Positions 60,551 to 63,491 of a DNA stretch of 63,491 nucleotides are shown piece by piece. The notes beneath the pieces were generated by a model, which was not told where the DNA came from, searched no databases, and saw only the letters and a list, made by a program, of their open reading frames with translations. Position 1 is the stretch's first letter. Each line of letters begins with the position of its first letter. The stretch covers positions 1 through 63,491 of the forward strand of contig NZ_JAOZPV010000003.1 of NCBI RefSeq assembly GCF_029932565.1, read 5' to 3'. The position numbers were made by a program, and so were the translations under genes. This DNA comes from Hydrogenimonas sp. (GTDB taxonomy: Bacteria; Campylobacterota; Campylobacteria; Campylobacterales; Hydrogenimonadaceae).

Positions 60551-62596
60551 CTATTCGGATCTGGTCGGTTTCGGCATGCCGGAAACGGCTTTGAAACTCG
60601 CTTGGACATTATCGGGATCGAAATAGATCGATTCGGACGGAAAAGCGAACTCGAGGTTATGGCTATCGAGAATTTCCCATACTTTCAACAGCACATCCTG
60701 TTTCACTTCGAGCCACTCCTGCCATACCACACTTTTACTGAAGCAGTAAATGAGGATATTCATGGATGAATCAGCAAATTCATCGAGATAGACAAGCAGT
60801 GTCGCTTTGACACCGTATTTGTCTTCCAGTGATATCAGTTTTTTCTCGCGTCGGGAGCGACTTTTGAAAAATTTTCTGTCGATCTTTTTGGGCGATGCGA
60901 TACCCGGATGTTCGAGGAGCATCTTCTCGATATCCTCGATGGCGTTCATGATATCTTCACGCTTCGACCCGTACGTTACGCCGATATGCATTTTGATACG
61001 GCGCCCCACGGTTCGTTTGCTCCAGTTCTTCAAAGGCGAATTGGCCAGCGTTGCGTTCGGTACGGTGATCATCGCATTGTCGAATGTCCGAATCATCGTA
61101 CTGATGAATCCGATTTCAACCACCGTGCCCTCTGCATCCGCCGTCTCGATCCAATCCCCCTGGGAGAAGGAGTTGTCAAATATGATTTTGAGCAGACCGA
61201 AAAAGTTGCTCAATGTATTTTGTGCCGCAAGTGCCACAGCCAGACCACCGATTCCGAGAGACGCGATAAGACCTGTAATATTGACACCCATACGGACCAA
61301 CAGCATCGATATGGCAATGATGACGATCGTCACTTTGATAATGGAAAGTATCAGATTGATCAGTTCCTGTCGCAGCTGTTTGTTCTTGAGTTCACCCTTT
61401 TTCACCATATAATCGAAAAAGAGACTGTCGATGATGATAATGACGATATAGGCGATGGTTCCAAGAAGCACTGCATAGAAAAAGATCGCCATCTTCTCCG
61501 GCAACGGTGCAGGATGGAAGAGAACTTCCAGTCCCATCCGGAAACCGAAGGCGAGCACGAGAATGAAGAAAGGGCGGCGCATGCCGTTGAGGTTGTTCAG
61601 CAGTATTTCGTCCGCTTCGTGATACTCCTTTTCGATTACGTTTTTCAAAAAAGCATAGAGTTTGAAATAGAGAAAGTAGGAGGATCCCCATGCAATGATC
61701 ATAATGAGTATGAAAATGATGAGCCGGCCCATATCGGTATGAATATGACGCAGATTGGTATTGATTTTCGCAAAGGACTCGATCGAGTTGATGCGGTCGA
61801 TAATTTCATCGAGCCGGAAAAACGACATGATGGAGCGATAATGCAACATCGAGGGATTGGTTGCCACATATTCGAGAAACTCGCTGAAAAAGAGATAATG
61901 CATGCGGAGTTTTTCATAGTTTTGTACGATTTGCTGCGAAATCTTGTCGCTCTTCTTTTTGGCCTCGATATAGGCTTTCGTGTACTTGCCCGAATCGATC
62001 GACTGCAGCCATTCGGAGTATTTTTTGAACATCTCGACGAGGTCGTCGCCGCTCATGTCGGTCCACTTCGTCGCAAGATGAACGAAGAAGCCGTATATCT
62101 GTTGACGTGCTTCGAGTTCGAGCAATGCGATTTCGTCCCGGACAACCGCCAGATCGTAGCCATACTGTTTATTGACGCCAATGCGGGTTCTCATCTTCGA
62201 TCGCATCTGTTCGGAACGGAGAGGATTGTAAAAGGGATTGTTGGGATTGTTCACTTCATATGGACGTTCTTTCATCATCCCAAGCAAAAGGTTGAATTTG
62301 GATATCTTCGCATCGGCCAGTCCGGAAAGATCGTTGCTTTTTTGCTCCAATTTGCCAGGGCCGCTCGTCTGTTCACTTCTCTTCGCGGTATCGACGATAC
62401 CGTTTTTCGATTTCGTTGCCGCATTTTCAGTCGCGATGGGAGAGGTTTCATTGCGCTCTTTCGGTGTAACGATCGTCTCCTTTTGTGACTCTGGAATCGA
62501 ATAAAACTCTTTTTCGATTTCGATGAGTGTTTCCCAGAACGTTGTAGCGGCAAAGAGAAGCGTCGAAATCAGAAGTAAGAGGAGACCCTTTTTCAT
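60551..62596 (-). CDS. MscS-family mechanosensitive channel with long N-terminal domain
   Basis: GIGGLAVALAAQ, G.V.EIG..ST.IRT.D, VPN, NWS, FAFPS; N-terminal signal peptide. Confidence 0.9.
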   Translation of the reverse strand: MKKGLLLLLISTLLFAATTFWETLIEIEKEFYSIPESQKETIVTPKERNETSPIATENAATKSKNGIVDTAKRSEQTSGPGKLEQKSNDLSGLADAKISKFNLLLGMMKERPYEVNNPNNPFYNPLRSEQMRSKMRTRIGVNKQYGYDLAVVRDEIALLELEARQQIYGFFVHLATKWTDMSGDDLVEMFKKYSEWLQSIDSGKYTKAYIEAKKKSDKISQQIVQNYEKLRMHYLFFSEFLEYVATNPSMLHYRSIMSFFRLDEIIDRINSIESFAKINTNLRHIHTDMGRLIIFILIMIIAWGSSYFLYFKLYAFLKNVIEKEYHEADEILLNNLNGMRRPFFILVLAFGFRMGLEVLFHPAPLPEKMAIFFYAVLLGTIAYIVIIIIDSLFFDYMVKKGELKNKQLRQELINLILSIIKVTIVIIAISMLLVRMGVNITGLIASLGIGGLAVALAAQNTLSNFFGLLKIIFDNSFSQGDWIETADAEGTVVEIGFISTMIRTFDNAMITVPNATLANSPLKNWSKRTVGRRIKMHIGVTYGSKREDIMNAIEDIEKMLLEHPGIASPKKIDRKFFKSRSRREKKLISLEDKYGVKATLLVYLDEFADSSMNILIYCFSKSVVWQEWLEVKQDVLLKVWEILDSHNLEFAFPSESIYFDPDNVQASFKAVSGMPKPTRSE

Positions 62597-62605
62597 CACA
62601 CCCTC

Positions 62606-63448
62606 CTAATCGAATATGACGGTTTTGTTGGCATAGACAAAAATCTTGTCTTCGAGCGCAAGCTTCAACGCCTTGGCCAGCACGATTTTTTCAACGTCGC
62701 GTCCGGCACTCCGCATGACCTGCCAATCCATCGTATGATTGATCGGAATAATATCCTGTGCGATGATCGGTCCCTCATCGAGATTGTTGTTGACGAAGTG
62801 TGCCGTTGCACCGATGATTTTCACTCCCCGGTCATAGGCCTGTTTGTAGGGGTTGGCCCCTATGAAGGCGGGCAGGAACGAGTGATGAATATTGATGATC
62901 CGCTCGTTATAATGCGCTACGAATTCCGGTGTCAGAATACGCATATATTTCGCCAGAACGATATAGTCGACTTGGCCGAACTTTTCAAGCTCCGCAAGAA
63001 TCTTCTCCTCATGCTCGGCACGCTGCAGCCCTTCATGACTGACATGAATATAGGGAATATCGAACTTCTCGACCAATCCCCGCAGAATGTCGTAGTTTGA
63101 GATCACACCTGCAATCTCCGCCTCCAGCTCCTTCGCCTCGTGTCGGATCAGAATATCGCCCAGGCAGTGGCTCTCTTTCGTCGCCATCAGAACAATCCGT
63201 TTGGGACGTGGTTCAATAAGCCTGATTTGGGCGCTTTCCGGCAAAACTAGCTTCAGTTCCGCCTCCAATGCCATCGGATCGAATCTTCCACTCACTTCGC
63301 TGCGCATAAAAAATTTGCCGTTCTGTGCATCGACAAACTCTCTGTTTTTCTCGACGTTCAGTCCGAAGTCGTAAAACGCTTTGCTGATTTTGTAGACAAG
63401 CCCTTTTTCATCCCTGCAGTCAATGAGTACACGATAGTCGCGGGTCAT
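62606..63448 (-). CDS. purU: Formyltetrahydrofolate deformylase
   Basis: ACT domain, HCL.D, LAKYMRIL, INIHHSFLPAF.GANPY.QA..RGVK.IGATAH, LDEGPII.Q. Confidence 0.96.
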   Translation of the reverse strand: MTRDYRVLIDCRDEKGLVYKISKAFYDFGLNVEKNREFVDAQNGKFFMRSEVSGRFDPMALEAELKLVLPESAQIRLIEPRPKRIVLMATKESHCLGDILIRHEAKELEAEIAGVISNYDILRGLVEKFDIPYIHVSHEGLQRAEHEEKILAELEKFGQVDYIVLAKYMRILTPEFVAHYNERIINIHHSFLPAFIGANPYKQAYDRGVKIIGATAHFVNNNLDEGPIIAQDIIPINHTMDWQVMRSAGRDVEKIVLAKALKLALEDKIFVYANKTVIFD

Positions 63449-63491
63449 TTGCAACCTTCAATAGAAATTAGAACCCATCTCAAAAATTCCC

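Overview
Chromosomal window that most resembles a hydrogen-oxidising, vent-type Campylobacterota (Hydrogenimonas/Nitratiruptor/Sulfurovum-like). The taxon is inferred from gene content and protein style, not verified. Left to right: (1) a ~10.8 kb minus-strand redox operon: echABCDEF (energy-converting [NiFe]-hydrogenase), then an 811-aa fusion of a NirB-like FAD/NAD(P)H oxidoreductase, a BFD-like [2Fe-2S] domain and a group-1-type hydrogenase small subunit, then a group-1-type large subunit, gdhA and a truncated Zn-alcohol dehydrogenase; (2) a ~20.5 kb glycogen/glycolysis cluster (two glgA, glgB, glgP, GH57, GalT-like, nucleotidyltransferase-PGM-like fusion, ROK glucokinase, pgm, two pgi, pfkA, pyk) with no canonical glgC; (3) corA, OmpA/OprF-like protein, mgtE, Na/Pi transporter, HdeD, beta-CASP nuclease, MtfA, selU-selD; (4) a c-di-GMP-I riboswitch ahead of a DUF1800-like lipoprotein/DUF1501 pair; (5) a moxR-bat operon; (6) hxlAB of the RuMP pathway; (7) purU-mscS-clc-trkA-trkH. 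The best candidate for an undescribed system is the flavoprotein-fused hydrogenase. It looks like a periplasmic uptake hydrogenase rewired for the cytoplasm (degenerate Tat leader kept as a linker, no membrane anchor, no cytochrome b, CxxN proximal site) and is probably co-transcribed with Ech and glutamate dehydrogenase. I saw no CRISPR array, tRNA, rRNA or transposase.
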